A stretch of 58,475 nt of DNA from a virus (lineage: Duplodnaviria; Caudoviricetes): positions 1 through 58,475 of IMG/VR virus record IMGVR_UViG_3300003937_000086. One strand, 5' to 3'. This document shows positions 19,868-29,032 of the stretch, piece by piece (within the stretch, counting starts at the first letter, position 1; every line of letters begins with the position of its first letter). The notes beneath the pieces are model-generated. The model was not told the DNA's origin and ran no database searches. It was given only the letters and a program-made list of their open reading frames with translations. Both the position numbers and the translations under genes were made by a program.

Positions 19868-20079
19868 TTCTTGGATCTGTTACTTGATTTACTGAGTAGT
19901 TGTAAGTTCCCGCGTGAGTTGTTTCTAGGATTACCATCTTTGTGGTCAACGTCCTTGCCCTTGACCCGCTTGCCTAAAAGCCTCTTCATCTTACGGCGTG
20001 CGCCATTACGGCTAGCCCGATTCTTTTTCTGCTCCGGCTTGCTGTGGTAGTTATCGTATTCTTTTTGGTAGTTCCTCAT
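19864..20079 (-). CDS. Minimal basic HNH-motif protein
   Basis: GKDVDHKDGNPRNN...NL...S...NRS. Confidence 0.8.
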   Translation of the reverse strand: MRNYQKEYDNYHSKPEQKKNRASRNGARRKMKRLLGKRVKGKDVDHKDGNPRNNSRGNLQLLSKSSNRSKK

Positions 20080-20729
20080 GGGTTGTTAAAGTAACTGACA
20101 ATCGCCTGTGCGTATACGTCGGCCAGTAGTGAGTGCTTTGCGTCAAAGAGAACCCATTCCTTTGGGCAGCTACCGAAGAAAGGTTCGCAGATCACGGCTG
20201 GTGGTGGCACGCTCCTCAAGAACCCGCCCCCGCGACCGCCCGATTCAATCGCCTTAATCCCTCTGTCCGACTGCACCTTAAAGGTCTCGGCGTGGGCTTC
20301 GCGGAAACACTCAGCCAGACGGCGACCGTTGTTGCTGGTGTGGTAATGTAAATATTCGTAGCCCTCTGCTTTCGAGCTTGAGTAACTGTTGAAGTGCAGT
20401 TCAATCGCGATGTCGCACTTCTCCTTCGCGACGCTCTCACCCAACCAGTTCATCGAACCGCTGTAGCTATCCGACGGGTAGTCATCGAACACAACGGATT
20501 GAATCCCTTGGTGGCGCAGGTGGCTCTTCAGCAGGTCTGCGACCTTCTTGTTGTAAGTCCACTCGGTCACACCTCCGACTGATACTGCGCCTTTATCGCC
20601 TATTCGACTGTGTCCCACACAGATGGCTACCTTCTTGAGATTCTTAACCTTCTTACGCTTTACGGCTTTAGCCGCTCTGTAAGCGGCTACAAGTTCTAGG
20701 ATCTTGTCGAGTATCTGGCTTGGACTCAT
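20076..20729 (-). CDS. Endolysin, N-acetylmuramoyl-L-alanine amidase (Amidase_3)
   Basis: CVGH...GA....TE, IELHFNS, GYE, PAVICEPFF. Confidence 0.9.
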   Translation of the reverse strand: MSPSQILDKILELVAAYRAAKAVKRKKVKNLKKVAICVGHSRIGDKGAVSVGGVTEWTYNKKVADLLKSHLRHQGIQSVVFDDYPSDSYSGSMNWLGESVAKEKCDIAIELHFNSYSSSKAEGYEYLHYHTSNNGRRLAECFREAHAETFKVQSDRGIKAIESGGRGGGFLRSVPPPAVICEPFFGSCPKEWVLFDAKHSLLADVYAQAIVSYFNNP

Positions 20730-20962
20730 TTACCGATGATGATTGCGCGACGGTATGAATAATCGCTGTGAAACTTCTGGCCTCGTCCTTTTAGCTGGCC
20801 TTCTTTAAACTGATACGTGACGCCCTCAACCAGCGTCACCGTCGGAGGGTCGAGCAATGCGCTCTCGTTCAAACTTGAGTCGTTTCGCCAAGCGTTCGAT
20901 CCGCAGCTTGGCAGCAGGAGAGCCATCAGCGGCAAGCTCATCAATGTCGTCTTCCAGTTCAT
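20726..20962 (-). CDS. Putative o-spanin lipoprotein
   Basis: Lipobox-like ALLLPS|CG; overlaps the i-spanin in another frame. Confidence 0.6.
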   Translation of the reverse strand: MNWKTTLMSLPLMALLLPSCGSNAWRNDSSLNESALLDPPTVTLVEGVTYQFKEGQLKGRGQKFHSDYSYRRAIIIGK

Positions 20963-21035
20963 AAACGTATGTCCTTTGTTTGAGACCGACGTAAGCTATG
21001 TATGCCTTAGCTGCTGCGGTCAGTAGTTTGATCAT
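20826..21035 (-). CDS. Putative i-spanin
   Basis: Apolar N-terminus plus coiled coil; Rz/Rz1-like overlap. Confidence 0.5.
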   Translation of the reverse strand: MIKLLTAAAKAYIAYVGLKQRTYVYELEDDIDELAADGSPAAKLRIERLAKRLKFERERIARPSDGDAG

Positions 21036-21451
21036 TTCTTCTCTAAAGGTCGTCTGTAGTAATACCCGCCTTCACCTTTAAAAATCTCAGAAAAATCTTT
21101 TTCGCCAGCTAGCGTATTCTTTATAGTCTTATGCGTCATCCCCTTTAAGAGCATTCCGTCGGGGGCGAAACTAGCTTGGTGTTTCAGCCACTCGCCTTTT
21201 AGACCTTTTTCTTTGTTTTCGGGATGCCATACCCAAGCTTCGTGCGCGTAGCCGAGTTCTTTTTCCGGTTGCTCTACGTCGGGTTGCCTTTCTGTAGGGT
21301 TGTCAGGTATTGGTGGTTTAGGTATGAGTAAAGGATACTTCTTTTTAAGCAACCTCCCGATAACTTCGTTATACCCTTTAGATTCAGGGTCGAAGCCAGC
21401 TCCTTTGTCAACAACCCGCGCCTCTACCCCTTTTTCAAATGAGTCGGACAT
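21032..21451 (-). CDS. Hypothetical protein inserted in the lysis cassette
   Basis: 139-aa ORF; ATGA overlap with the next gene. Confidence 0.65.
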   Translation of the reverse strand: MSDSFEKGVEARVVDKGAGFDPESKGYNEVIGRLLKKKYPLLIPKPPIPDNPTERQPDVEQPEKELGYAHEAWVWHPENKEKGLKGEWLKHQASFAPDGMLLKGMTHKTIKNTLAGEKDFSEIFKGEGGYYYRRPLEKK

Positions 21452-21458
21452 TCCCTAA

Positions 21459-21638
21459 TCACTTATCCTTAGCCTTGAACACGTTGAGCGCGAGCCAGTC
21501 GATGACCTTGTAGGCTTTACCGATGAAGGTATCGTCCTTCGGTGTAGGGGTGAGGGCAGCGATAGCGGATGCGGCTGCGATGACGGCGGTAACAACCCCG
21601 AAGAGCTGTTCTTTGTTTTCGATGATGTAGTTAATCAT
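21459..21638 (-). CDS. Putative holin (59 aa), absent from the ORF track
   Basis: MINYIIENKEQLFGVVTAVIAAASAIAALTPTPKDDTFIGKAYKVIDWLALNVFKAKDK. Confidence 0.7.
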   Translation of the reverse strand: MINYIIENKEQLFGVVTAVIAAASAIAALTPTPKDDTFIGKAYKVIDWLALNVFKAKDK

Positions 21639-21817
21639 TTTTTCTTACGGTTACGGAATTTCTCAACTGCCGTTATAGCAGAGAGGACGGCGATGAACAA
21701 GCCGAGAAAAGTTGATAGAAGTTGGATGCCAGTATCGAGATCTTCAGGTAAGGTAGACATGAAAGCGATAGCGGAACCAACTATGCCGGATATGGGATGT
21801 GTGATGTGTTGGAGCAT
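21635..21817 (-). CDS. Putative holin/membrane protein with 2 TM segments
   Basis: Two hydrophobic stretches and a basic C-terminus RNRKKK. Confidence 0.6.
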   Translation of the reverse strand: MLQHITHPISGIVGSAIAFMSTLPEDLDTGIQLLSTFLGLFIAVLSAITAVEKFRNRKKK

Positions 21818-21848
21818 TGTAGTTCAGTAGGTTAGGTGTGTTGATCGG

Positions 21849-23012
21849 TTAGATCTGCGGGAATGTTGAGAAATCTGCTTCGGTAACTGTATAGTTTGTC
21901 GATACCCCTGCCTGCGTGTCAGCGGTCGAGATCATGGTGTTGATGTCTGAAATATAGTCTGCTATAGGAGTCCCCGATCCTGCACCACCAAACGTCCAAA
22001 CAGTTACAAGCACAAGCTCTCTATCAACAATTAGGAATGCGGGGTTACCGCTATCCCCGCTAATTTTATTCTCATGGAAAATGAGCCTGTTGGGGTCAGT
22101 GGGTGTCCGCATCCTACCACCGGAATTCCAGTCAATAATGAGAGCTTTCTCCTCTTGGTCTAACCCAAGGCAGGCCGTCTTGACCTGTTCATTAACTAAG
22201 TAGCTAGTGTAGTCGCTAGGCATCACATAGCAGGGCTTAATCGTATCTGGTAGGTCACTGTCTAAAGTATAGATCGTTAAGTCTGGGTGGTAGTTTGTAG
22301 ATTCTGGGTGTCGGGCTTTTCCGGCCACAGTGCGGTCATGAACCGTCCCGTCTTTCTCCACGAATCTCACCACTGCGCCCACAGAATACTCGTAGTGTGC
22401 CGCTCCAATGACGTGCCTTGGAGTCACCAGTGTCCCCGCTCTCTTGTGGCTACCGCTACTGTTCCAAGGGGACGCGCACGTAATATCTAGGTCTCCACAC
22501 CACAAATCAGGGTTTCTGACATAGGTGGAACTCGCGTGATCCTGAGATGTGAATATCTTCCCGTTGACCCCCATGCTCATAGACTCATCCAGCAAGTCGT
22601 CGATTTGCTGAGAGCAATGAGTAGATAAAGAGATTTGCGGCTCAAGGTCAGGCAACAGGTCTTCGTCTTCGGGTTTCAAAGAGAGCCATTCAAGTTCAGT
22701 AACGATGGATAGTTCTCCTTGCTCAATATAAGGCTGGAGCGCAGAGAGATCATCAGAGGTCACTCTCCAAGTCGCGAGTTGAAGCATTAGTTGACCACTT
22801 CCATCAGTAGTTGTCTGGAGATCCTCGGCTGGTGGTAGTCCGTGAAGAGTCGATGCTTTAGCACCGCCGATTGGGTAGCCTCGCGACTCGTCAACGTATC
22901 CATACAGTGCGGGATAGGCTTCCGGTGTGGCAAGAAAATAAAACCATCCGGTGTCCGCCTGATCTTGTTGCAACTCAGTGAGTGGTTCGTCGATGTAGTC
23001 TTCTTCGGGCAT
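21849..23012 (-). CDS. Trypsin-like serine protease domain protein at the end of the tail cluster
   Basis: GTLVTPRHVIGAAHY (His), DLTIYTL (Asp), GDSGNP (Ser). Confidence 0.8.
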   Translation of the reverse strand: MPEEDYIDEPLTELQQDQADTGWFYFLATPEAYPALYGYVDESRGYPIGGAKASTLHGLPPAEDLQTTTDGSGQLMLQLATWRVTSDDLSALQPYIEQGELSIVTELEWLSLKPEDEDLLPDLEPQISLSTHCSQQIDDLLDESMSMGVNGKIFTSQDHASSTYVRNPDLWCGDLDITCASPWNSSGSHKRAGTLVTPRHVIGAAHYEYSVGAVVRFVEKDGTVHDRTVAGKARHPESTNYHPDLTIYTLDSDLPDTIKPCYVMPSDYTSYLVNEQVKTACLGLDQEEKALIIDWNSGGRMRTPTDPNRLIFHENKISGDSGNPAFLIVDRELVLVTVWTFGGAGSGTPIADYISDINTMISTADTQAGVSTNYTVTEADFSTFPQI

Positions 23013-23015
23013 GGC

Positions 23016-24326
23016 TTAGTAGATTGAGCTTTTGGCGTTCAGGTAATCGCGCACCTTTGTTGCGTCCTCGTCGGTTAAAGCGTCGAACAGATATAACGCC
23101 TCAAGGTCGATGGAAGCGTTGGCGTTTCCGTCATAATTTCCACCAATAGTAAACTTCTCCGAAGACAATCCACTGAGGTCGAGAGATCTGGTTTTAGCAT
23201 CCGCATTGTTGACTTTGGAAACCTGCTCCCCATCAATAGCTTTTAATTCGTGTAGAATAACTCCTCTATCCGCATCATATGTTCCGTCATGCCCATCTCG
23301 GAAAGCGTTGTCGTAATACCAACCGACATCATCGGTGGTCGTCTGACGGATGGAGAATGCCAGACCTCGCGGATTATTGTAGTCGGTTTCGTCTGGATTA
23401 GTGGAATTGACGGCGAATACTCTGGAATATGTCTCGCTGCCATAATTAACGCTAAACGCCACGAACATATATCCTCCGCTGGTAAGCGTCTGGTTAAACA
23501 AACCACTCATGAAATTATCAGCACCGTCGAAGCGCAGGAACGGTCTACGAACAATGGTGGCGGCGTCTCTCGTCGTGCTGCCTTTGTTAATCGTGACGGT
23601 CTGCCCTGTCGAGCAGGCGAACGAGGACGCCTTGTGATCGCCGTCGGAGAAATCAATATCGAGGACGGAACTTCCGTCTATGCCATCCTTGAGGATTACT
23701 CGCTTCACTAACCCCGACAAAGGGTTTTGCGTCCCACCTCCTAATGAACCAACTTCAACGATAGACGTTCCTGAGCTTGGGGTATGGGCAGGAATAGTTT
23801 TATCCGCTCCTACCTGACTCCACGAATTGCCGTCGGTCGTTTCGAAAAACTGCACTCGGTCATCGCTGACCCTATGAGTGACTTTAAATCCCACAGCGTC
23901 AGACGATGGTGCGGCTGTCGATTCGGCATATTGTGAAGTCCTGTAAAACTGTAGTCTGTCATTAGTTTTTGTTCGTAAAATATAATTATTACTTCCCGTT
24001 CCCCATTTGGCAATAAGGGTCTCCTGCACCCCCGAGGTGTGTTCTCCAAACCATTGCATTTCCATGTCCCCCAAAATGTTCAGGTCTGTTTCGTTCGGGA
24101 CACTCGCATAGTTCCCACTCGCTCCTGACAGATACAAATGACCGTCACCAATCGGAACGTGCGCGCGGGGTTGCTTGGATGCCGTGGTCTGGGCCGCGTT
24201 TGGGCCTCCGCTCACTCGGTTCTCTAAGGAGGCGACAAGCTCAAGGTTTGACGCACTCTTGGCCAAGTCAGTAAGGATTCCCGCACTAGTGCTGGAGTTG
24301 GTCAGGGTCTGTAAGTTGAGTGCCAT
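23016..24326 (-). CDS. Tail fibre/adhesin with ConA-like (LamG) domains
   Basis: Beta-rich; FDGADNFM, ...V.DYLNAK..IY C-terminus. Confidence 0.65.
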   Translation of the reverse strand: MALNLQTLTNSSTSAGILTDLAKSASNLELVASLENRVSGGPNAAQTTASKQPRAHVPIGDGHLYLSGASGNYASVPNETDLNILGDMEMQWFGEHTSGVQETLIAKWGTGSNNYILRTKTNDRLQFYRTSQYAESTAAPSSDAVGFKVTHRVSDDRVQFFETTDGNSWSQVGADKTIPAHTPSSGTSIVEVGSLGGGTQNPLSGLVKRVILKDGIDGSSVLDIDFSDGDHKASSFACSTGQTVTINKGSTTRDAATIVRRPFLRFDGADNFMSGLFNQTLTSGGYMFVAFSVNYGSETYSRVFAVNSTNPDETDYNNPRGLAFSIRQTTTDDVGWYYDNAFRDGHDGTYDADRGVILHELKAIDGEQVSKVNNADAKTRSLDLSGLSSEKFTIGGNYDGNANASIDLEALYLFDALTDEDATKVRDYLNAKSSIY

Positions 24327-24329
24327 TGT

Positions 24330-26081
24330 TTAGAGATTGTCTGAGTGATGAGGCCAGTAGATGAGGCGTTTGATGTGGCCTATGTAGTTCGAGCCTATCT
24401 GAAGCAGGGATGATGTAAGAAGATTTCCATTATGTGTAGCTGTGACTTCAGTTTCTCCATTAAATGATCCTTTCATTGTAGTGCTATCGAAAGACACTGC
24501 TATTCTATGAAGAGCATTTGATTCAACATTATTGGACATTGTTAAAATATTAGCTCCATCATAGCTTCGAATGTTACTAAGATTTCCGTTACTGTAAATA
24601 ATCCTACGATTACTATCCCCTCCTCGTAATAGATACTGCTCGCCGACGGTAATATCTTTTGGAGTGAATTCTACGTAAAACGTTCCTTCACTGGTATTGT
24701 AGAAGTTCGTAAAGTCACTACCAGTAATGTCAAGATTATCAGCCGCTCGCGTCACCGTGCTTCCTGATGTGGGGATGTATGATGTGGCTACAGCGCCTTG
24801 TTCAAGCTGTGCGCCCCAGATGTAAACTCCGCTTGTTCCGTCTCCGGTGTAAGTAACATTACCACTGTCATCTAAAGGAGACACACCAACGTCCCAGCTG
24901 TAAGTTGACGCTTTTTGTCCTGTAACGGTAATTCGTTTCCAGCCATTCCCACAATCTTCAATAGAATGCCCATCCACTTGTGTGTTAGATGTGACTGTTC
25001 CTAATGCGCTATTACTGATTAAGTCGTAATCAACAGCAAAAAATTGATTTGTTAGGTGATAAGCGTAAATCCTTACTTTTGTTCGCTCACCCGCTTTAAC
25101 AAATATGGAGGACGAGTGGGATGTGCTGGCTGTTGTATTAGTGTTATTATTAGCTCTAAAAAGTTTAAGGCTATTTGTATTATCCTCAATTAGCTTGTAG
25201 GCGTTGGTGCTTGCGTCTGGTGCAGTAAATCCGCTCTGAACAGTGCAATTAGAAAGTGTTACGTCCTGACTAAAGTCCTCACTATTAACAACCAAGTTCG
25301 TCGCTGCTGGCTCAACCAGAATCATTGGCACTCTTGGCGCATATGTGGCTGCTGCAAAGTATTTCGGGCTTCCTGTTGTGTTAGCCACGAAGGAACTTGC
25401 GGTTGTACCTTCTTCAACTTGGGGCATTGCGATTTCTACAGATTCACCATTGATGGCGATTTGAGGACCGATAGGAATCGATGTGCTGTTGGCTGTAAAT
25501 GGCACTTCCACTCTGGACCAATCATTCGTAATCGTTACATCCGTCGCTGTACCTTCCACAGCATTTACATGCCTCATTCGGATAGTTCCAGTTCCAGAAA
25601 CTCTCCTAATATACATGGAGATAATATATTCCTGACCTACTACAGCAGGGCAATTAAAATACAAACTGGCGTTATTTTGCGTCCCAGTAATTACAACACT
25701 TGGCTGACCACTATAACCACTTCCTGCGACATCAGAAGAGCCGTTATTAACCCACCCACTAGAGAAGTCCGTATACTTAACCCGTTGAAACTTCGTCGGA
25801 GTCAACTCTTCACCCTGCACATGATCAACACGAACTGTATTCGGTGAAGCTGTTTGGATGTTCCCGCTCGCGTCAGTATACGTTGCTGTTCCCGCTCTCG
25901 TAGCCGTAATAATATCCAAGCTGGACGGATTCGCCGGATCAAGGTCAAGGGACTCGGAAGCAAGCGGGGCCATCATCGACTCCTGCATTTCGTATGCAAT
26001 AATCGGGTTGAGGGATAAGGGGTCGAAGGGGGAGAACGCTCTACCCCTACTAAGACCTAAACCGAGACCGAGCCGAGACAT
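24330..26081 (-). CDS. Tail/head fibre protein with carbohydrate-binding-like domains
   Basis: MSRLGLGLGL N-terminus; TRAGTATY, LVEPAATNL..NSEDF, IWGAQLEQG..ATSYIPT...VTRAAD. Confidence 0.75.
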   Translation of the reverse strand: MSRLGLGLGLSRGRAFSPFDPLSLNPIIAYEMQESMMAPLASESLDLDPANPSSLDIITATRAGTATYTDASGNIQTASPNTVRVDHVQGEELTPTKFQRVKYTDFSSGWVNNGSSDVAGSGYSGQPSVVITGTQNNASLYFNCPAVVGQEYIISMYIRRVSGTGTIRMRHVNAVEGTATDVTITNDWSRVEVPFTANSTSIPIGPQIAINGESVEIAMPQVEEGTTASSFVANTTGSPKYFAAATYAPRVPMILVEPAATNLVVNSEDFSQDVTLSNCTVQSGFTAPDASTNAYKLIEDNTNSLKLFRANNNTNTTASTSHSSSIFVKAGERTKVRIYAYHLTNQFFAVDYDLISNSALGTVTSNTQVDGHSIEDCGNGWKRITVTGQKASTYSWDVGVSPLDDSGNVTYTGDGTSGVYIWGAQLEQGAVATSYIPTSGSTVTRAADNLDITGSDFTNFYNTSEGTFYVEFTPKDITVGEQYLLRGGDSNRRIIYSNGNLSNIRSYDGANILTMSNNVESNALHRIAVSFDSTTMKGSFNGETEVTATHNGNLLTSSLLQIGSNYIGHIKRLIYWPHHSDNL

Positions 26082-26088
26082 GATGCCG

Positions 26089-26331
26089 TTATACTTGGTT
26101 GTATGCGAGAACCTTGCCGGAGGTCAAGGCGAACGAAGTGATCTGACCGTAGATAACCGTTCCGGCAGGAATGGCGAATCCGGTCAAAGTCCCAGTCAGT
26201 TCGGGCCAAGTGATCGCGCTGAAGTTAGCTTCTTCCAGCACCTGAAGGGCGCAGAAATCGCCCGTAGCACTACTGGTTACGCACTCAGCTCCGTTCTGGC
26301 CGAAGGATTGTTTGTCGATATTGTTAGTCAT
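26089..26331 (-). CDS. Small structural beta protein
   Basis: IPAG.VIYG.......LTSGKVLAY pattern, upstream of the fibre gene. Confidence 0.65.
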   Translation of the reverse strand: MTNNIDKQSFGQNGAECVTSSATGDFCALQVLEEANFSAITWPELTGTLTGFAIPAGTVIYGQITSFALTSGKVLAYNQV

Positions 26332-26334
26332 GAG

Positions 26335-27279
26335 TTAAATAATGTTTGGGGTGTTGAAATTGTTTCCGGCTGGTTTGAGGGTGACTTTAGGCTTCGCGGC
26401 CCCTCTGGTGGCGTCCAGTTCCTCATCGAGAAGCTGGCGGCAGATCGTCCAGTGATACTGGGCGCGTTCCAGATCGGCGTTGTCCTCCGCCAGCATACCC
26501 AAAAGTCCGTGCTTGATGACGTTCAGGTTGCCTAGATACATGATGTCGTCCTGCGTCAGGACTGGCTCCCATGCTCGTTTGAGCAGTAGTTTGACGTTCT
26601 TGACAGACGAATCGCTGTTGTGGAACCGGAATCGGCGGTAGCGAGCCACGCCGTCGCCTCTGATTATGGCTAGAGTTATCTCAGAATTATCTTCCTGATT
26701 TAAAGCGTATACTTCTACCCCTTCAGGGATGCCGTAGAATGATATAGATTTTACTTCCGTGATACTGTCTTCAGTCCACCCCGCTGAATAATCCGATAAA
26801 TCAGAGGTGAAGACCAAATCCGCGCCTGAATTGACTGCCGCGACAACAACTTCACCTTCAGTGGGTAAAGGGTTCGGGCTAGTGGTGGTGGAAGGCTCGC
26901 TAGAACGGAGAGCAATCTCATATCTGTCGTCTGTGAGAGTCCTTAGATCCTCTTTGGTGGGGTGAAACCCGTCGTCCACGATGCCGAAAATGGGCGCAGG
27001 TCCGTCACTGGCGTAGCCAGAGATCCGGTAATCATGCCACTGGGACTGCGCTTCTACCGGAGAGTTCTGCAACATAGCCCCTAATAGGCTGTCAGCGTGT
27101 TCGGGCAGCGTGAAATAGTCGTTTGTGGTCTCAATAGACCAGTCATACAGAAGATCCCGCCACATCCCCATAGCGTAGAGGCGGGGCATGACCATGTTCA
27201 ATTTCGCCACGATATCCTCATCGGGGCGGACATAGTCGGAAAGGGCTTTGGTTACGGCCTTGACAGTCAACGCTGGCAT
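26335..27279 (-). CDS. Putative head-tail adaptor/tail tubular protein
   Basis: Helical termini, TLPE...SLL, position in the structural block. Confidence 0.55.
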   Translation of the reverse strand: MPALTVKAVTKALSDYVRPDEDIVAKLNMVMPRLYAMGMWRDLLYDWSIETTNDYFTLPEHADSLLGAMLQNSPVEAQSQWHDYRISGYASDGPAPIFGIVDDGFHPTKEDLRTLTDDRYEIALRSSEPSTTTSPNPLPTEGEVVVAAVNSGADLVFTSDLSDYSAGWTEDSITEVKSISFYGIPEGVEVYALNQEDNSEITLAIIRGDGVARYRRFRFHNSDSSVKNVKLLLKRAWEPVLTQDDIMYLGNLNVIKHGLLGMLAEDNADLERAQYHWTICRQLLDEELDATRGAAKPKVTLKPAGNNFNTPNII

Positions 27280-27285
27280 AGGCCG

Positions 27286-27314
27286 AATATAGTCGGGTTA
27301 GGACGGCAAGTCAA
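27286..27314 (-). promoter_or_regulatory. Sigma70-type leaderless promoter
   Basis: TTGACT-17-TATATT, 6 nt to ATG 27279. Confidence 0.75.
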
Positions 27315-27342
27315 TCACTGAGAAATAGGGATATTGCCTCCC

Positions 27343-27954
27343 TCAATGCCAACTACCCGCATAACCTGCGTCCACCCACGCATTTAAATTAGTCGGTTTT
27401 TTTTCAGAACATAATCTTGTGTAAGCTTTACGATCTGTAACCATCGTCAAATCCCACATCATAGCCCTAATAGACTCCCACCAAGCTTTTGGGCCTGTGA
27501 TGTGCCATACATTGCCTTTTGTTAGTAGCTCTTTATCCCTCAGTTGGTGTTTACAGACACACACCATCAGAGGATGTTGCGGTTCGGCCATCCAAACAAG
27601 GCCGTTAGAACACGCATGGGCGTGAGGGTTAGTTACAACCATAGTGTCAGTAGCGGATATAAAATTTAAAAAATCAGGTATATTATTGGGGATAACGTCA
27701 GTACCTGTCGCAACTCCCCCAATATCACGTAAGGCCAGCGCGAGGATTATGTCTGCCCTCATAGCGTGGCAATTACAGAGCGCAGTAACCTCTTTAAATT
27801 CTGGCCACCTCTCTGAAGCCGATTCATCGTCCCACAGAATTAAATCCCACTCTTCTGGTAGATCGGATCTCCATTTATCTCTATTTTTTTTAAATTCTTT
27901 AGGTAGTTCTGACTCCCCTTGAACCCACACTTGATGTAAAATTTTAACACTCAT
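27343..27954 (-). CDS. Glycosyltransferase, GT32/OCH1-like fold (DxD degenerate: GTD)
   Basis: KILHQVW, W...LWDD, A.RADI...L...GGV..GTDV, N......P.HP, TGP. Confidence 0.8.
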   Translation of the reverse strand: MSVKILHQVWVQGESELPKEFKKNRDKWRSDLPEEWDLILWDDESASERWPEFKEVTALCNCHAMRADIILALALRDIGGVATGTDVIPNNIPDFLNFISATDTMVVTNPHAHACSNGLVWMAEPQHPLMVCVCKHQLRDKELLTKGNVWHITGPKAWWESIRAMMWDLTMVTDRKAYTRLCSEKKPTNLNAWVDAGYAGSWH

Positions 27955-27956
27955 AA

Positions 27957-28628
27957 TCACCAAAACATTGTTTTACTGACCCTGCCACTAATGTTCGACG
28001 AACCTTCCCGTTGACCTGCGATCCAGTCAGCCGGACAGTATACGTTCCAGTCTTTACGTCGGTGTGCTACTTCTAGCTGATGGTCAATATGCTTGTTTGT
28101 ATTCTTGTAGTCCGACGCATACGAGATGTGGCGGTATAAATCCGTGAAAATAGACTGATTAACCGCGTAGGCGTGCGTCCTGTTAATCGAGTTTCCAATT
28201 ATCACATTAGGGGAGTCTGTGACACTGTGGTTACGGCGGTGCTGGCCCCCTAAGTAGATCTGACCCCAGTCTTCTGGCACGTCTACCATGAACTCGTTAA
28301 GCCTCGATAACGGGTCATCTTTGAAGATGATATCGTCCTCCAGTATCAAGACGTTATTTAAAGTCATCATATGACGGTCGTCCCTGTCTTGGATGACATC
28401 TTCAAGGATTCGCTGGTGTGAACGTAGGCAACCCCACGCGCCTCTACCGGAACCCCAGTCAGCAGGATGGGTTACCCAGTCACCGATAATGGCTGGATAA
28501 TAATGAACCTTGTCATTATCCACCATTCCAGTTTCTTCTAAATGCTTCTTCGTCTCTTCAAGACGATCCGGTCTATGGGCGCAGTTGATCACGTAAACGC
28601 GGTCAAACCAGTCTGTTAGGTTTTTCAT
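27957..28628 (-). CDS. Glycosyltransferase family 25
   Basis: VYVIN...RPDR, GA.GCL.SH, VLILEDD, W..IYLG, THAYAVN, ID. Confidence 0.88.
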   Translation of the reverse strand: MKNLTDWFDRVYVINCAHRPDRLEETKKHLEETGMVDNDKVHYYPAIIGDWVTHPADWGSGRGAWGCLRSHQRILEDVIQDRDDRHMMTLNNVLILEDDIIFKDDPLSRLNEFMVDVPEDWGQIYLGGQHRRNHSVTDSPNVIIGNSINRTHAYAVNQSIFTDLYRHISYASDYKNTNKHIDHQLEVAHRRKDWNVYCPADWIAGQREGSSNISGRVSKTMFW

Positions 28629-29032
28629 GGTTGTGCTTGTGCTTCTGATACTGATGAGAAACTTTTCTCGGAACCACTAGAGGAAGAGGAAGAGGACTCG
28701 CTGCTGCTGTCGCTGTCACTGCTGCTGTCGCTGCTGCAAGATGAACCACTAGTGGTGACGGTGATGGTGTATATAACGTCATTACCTGCGTAATCAAGCT
28801 CAATATACGTGTAATCACCTGCCGGATCGTCTTCGTCGGCGACGCCATCTCGCTCTACGTTACGGATGTCGTCGGTTAAAACCCAATTATCGACGCCGTT
28901 CCATTGTATGGTTCTAGAGCCTCCTCCCACTTCTTGATAAAGCGAGCCAGTCCATTCAAAATTAAAAGGGCCAGCTAGTACACCCCCGCCATCCTCAAAA
29001 TATGTGGCTTGTGCTTTACAAGGTAACGACAT
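28625..29032 (-). CDS. Small acidic protein with a C-terminal Ser/Asp tract
   Basis: SGSSCSSDSSSDSDSSSESSSSSSSGSEKS. Confidence 0.7.
   Translation of the reverse strand: MSLPCKAQATYFEDGGGVLAGPFNFEWTGSLYQEVGGGSRTIQWNGVDNWVLTDDIRNVERDGVADEDDPAGDYTYIELDYAGNDVIYTITVTTSGSSCSSDSSSDSDSSSESSSSSSSGSEKSFSSVSEAQAQP

Noticed and set aside
21849-26081. Diversity-generating retroelement acting on fibre genes
   Set aside because: No RT and no TR/VR pair differing at adenines was noticed
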